From contig WQYA01000005.1 of the NCBI GenBank assembly GCA_009781495.1, positions 5,810-69,809 of the forward strand: a stretch of DNA of 64,000 nt. The letters run 5' to 3'. The translations under genes and the position numbers were made by a program. Below the pieces are notes generated by a model. The model did no database searches. It was not told the origin of the DNA and saw nothing but the letters and a program-made list of their open reading frames with translations. Shown here piece after piece: positions 62,257 to 64,000 of this stretch; position 1 is the stretch's first letter; each line of letters begins with the position of its first letter. Origin of the DNA: Cystobacterineae bacterium. Lineage in GTDB: Bacteria > Myxococcota > Myxococcia > Myxococcales > Myxococcaceae.

Positions 62257-64000
62257 GAAATTCCAACAGCTGCTCCTTGCCCCCTTGCGTTATGCCTGCG
62301 CCAACCGCTTTGCGCATTTGTCCACCGTCCGCAATTTGGCTGAAACACTGCGGGCGGCATGGGAATTGGGGAAGCAGGAGGGGCTAGAGGCCTCCTTGCT
62401 GGGCGCACTCCGCGCGGAGTTGGCAAGCATAGACGCTGCTTCCATGGAGCAACGCAAGGCTTCGCTTTTGCGTTTGTTGGGTGCATTGGATGAGGCGGGC
62501 ATGGTTTTGCCCGAGGGGATGCCCAAGGGTGTTTCGCAAAAAAAGCTGGGCTTGCAGAAGAAGGCCCCGAAGACGAAGCCCCCCCCGAAGCCTGCGGCCA
62601 AAGCGGCGGCCTCTTTGCATTCCAGCCTCTACCCCCCCTGGGAGCCGTGGAATTTGCCTTTGCAAAGTTTGGCATGGAAACTGTCTCCCCGCTTGCTTTC
62701 CAGTTTAAAGCGCAAAGAAATTCAAACGGTAGGGGACGTCCTCATCAGCATACCGAAGGCCTATGAGGACAGGCGGCAGATTTCGCGGATTGCCGACTTA
62801 AGGCCCCAAGCCCCCGCCGTCATATTGGCCCAGGTAACACAGCTAGAAGCCATGCACAGGAGGGGTAGGGGGGGGGCTCGCAAGGGCCTTAGGGTATGGT
62901 TTGCGGACGACAGCGCCAAGCTGTGCGTCGTACATTTCCAAGCGGGGCCTTGGCTGTTGGAGAAATACCAAGTGGGGAAGTGGTTTTTGTTATTTGGGCA
63001 AGCGCGTTATACGCCGGGGGGTTGGGAGATGGCGCACCCCGAAGCGGAAGGTGCGGAGCAGCGGGCCTATTCCCAAGCGCACTTTGGCCGTATTGTCCCC
63101 ATATACATAGGCTTTGAGAAGTATGAGCAGCGTATGTTTAGGGAATTGGTTTTTAAACTGCTGAATGGTTTTGCTTCTAAAATAGAGGAAACTTTAACAG
63201 AGGGTTTAAAAGCAGAGTTAGGTTTAATGGACTTAGCCGAAGCCTGGAAGCAACTGCATTTCCCAGAAGAAGCCCACACCCTGGAGGCCTTGAATGCCGC
63301 GCAAACCCCCATGCACCGGCGTTTGGCGTTTGACGAGCTTTTCTTTTTGCAGTTGGGCTTGGCCATACGCCGCCAGGGCATCGCCCGGCTGGAGGGCATT
63401 GAATTGGGCATTTTTCCGGCGGCGAAGACGAAGCTAAAGCAAGCCTTGCCCTTCACCCTCACTTCCGCCCAGGAGCGCGTCATAGGGGAGGTATGGGAGG
63501 ACATGCAGCGCAAGGAGCCGATGAACCGCCTGTTGCAAGGCGACGTAGGCTCCGGGAAGACGGCCATAGCGATGTTGGCCGCAGCCACCTGTGCCTTGGG
63601 CGGCCACCAAGCCGCGGTGATGGCGCCGACGGAGTTGTTGGCCAAGCAACATGCGGCCAATTTTGAGCCCTATTTGCAGCGCCTGGGGATTTCCATGTGT
63701 CTTTTAACAGGGGGGATGGGGCAGGTGGAGAAGCGTCCCCTTTTAGAGGGCATAGGGGCGGGGAAGCTTGGGGTAGTGATAGGCACCCATGCGCTTTTGC
63801 AGTCAGATTTAAAATTCCAAAGCCTCGGCTTGGTAGTGGTGGATGAGCAGCACCGTTTTGGGGTATTGCAACGCCACCACCTTGCGCACAAGGGCAGCCG
63901 TCCGGACGTATTGGTGATGACGGCGACGCCCATACCGAGGACTTTGGCCATGGCGGTTTATGGGGACTTGGATGTTTCGACCATTGACGCTTTGCCGCCC
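62243..64000 (+). CDS. recG: ATP-dependent DNA helicase RecG (3' end runs off the window)
   Basis: Hand translation from ATG 62243 stays open to position 64000 (586 codons). It contains FTLTSAQERVI, Walker A LLQGDVGSGKT, DEQHRFGV and TATPIPRT. Not in the ORF track because no stop is reached. Confidence 0.85.
   Translation, partial: MKASEKFQQLLLAPLRYACANRFAHLSTVRNLAETLRAAWELGKQEGLEASLLGALRAELASIDAASMEQRKASLLRLLGALDEAGMVLPEGMPKGVSQKKLGLQKKAPKTKPPPKPAAKAAASLHSSLYPPWEPWNLPLQSLAWKLSPRLLSSLKRKEIQTVGDVLISIPKAYEDRRQISRIADLRPQAPAVILAQVTQLEAMHRRGRGGARKGLRVWFADDSAKLCVVHFQAGPWLLEKYQVGKWFLLFGQARYTPGGWEMAHPEAEGAEQRAYSQAHFGRIVPIYIGFEKYEQRMFRELVFKLLNGFASKIEETLTEGLKAELGLMDLAEAWKQLHFPEEAHTLEALNAAQTPMHRRLAFDELFFLQLGLAIRRQGIARLEGIELGIFPAAKTKLKQALPFTLTSAQERVIGEVWEDMQRKEPMNRLLQGDVGSGKTAIAMLAAATCALGGHQAAVMAPTELLAKQHAANFEPYLQRLGISMCLLTGGMGQVEKRPLLEGIGAGKLGVVIGTHALLQSDLKFQSLGLVVVDEQHRFGVLQRHHLAHKGSRPDVLVMTATPIPRTLAMAVYGDLDVSTIDALPP

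Overview
This 64-kb window is a gene-dense chromosomal segment with about 70 protein genes, 2 tRNAs and no rRNA. I found no CRISPR array, transposase, integrase or phage gene. Several features suggest a Myxococcota-type genome (inference only): a PilA whose N-terminal ~70 aa closely follow the M. xanthus pilin pattern; pil gene order pilB-pilT-pilC-pilA-(pilG/H/I-like)-pilD; a surface protein ending in a MYXO-CTERM-like GCGC + TM + RRRR tail; and an AgmX/PglI-type C-terminal domain. Most of the content is housekeeping: trmB, ribF, the type IV pilus locus, thiS-thiG-thiE, clpX, rplM-rpsI, bamD, rph-rdgB, rarA, nadK, recN, moaC, a partial complex I cluster (nuoC-D-G-H-I), coaBC, coaD, rsmD, typA, greA and a partial recG. 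There is also one NarL/HisKA_3 two-component pair and several Ser/Thr-phosphosignalling modules (2 PP2C, 3 FHA). G+C content is visibly heterogeneous: AT-rich blocks at about 7.4-10 kb and 24.8-27.4 kb contrast with GC-rich blocks such as 11-19 kb. Long G/C homopolymers are frequent. The observations most worth follow-up are: (1) 16.5-18.3 kb, an apparently split E1-like pair, one active ThiF/MoeB-type adenylase lacking the N-terminal Arg-finger helix and one degenerate E1-like paralogue that retains it, followed by a JAB/MPN peptidase, a divergent APS-kinase-like protein with a histone-H1-like tail, and an orphan LarE-like PP-loop enzyme; (2) a 138-aa protein with 11 cysteines in unbroken CxxC register; (3) a MYXO-CTERM surface protein split by a 1-nt frameshift, next to a structured ~300-nt non-coding region, both bracketed by two tRNAs; (4) a G11 tract across the catalytic GGGD codons of pilD. 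I cannot show that any of these is a new system without database and structure searches.
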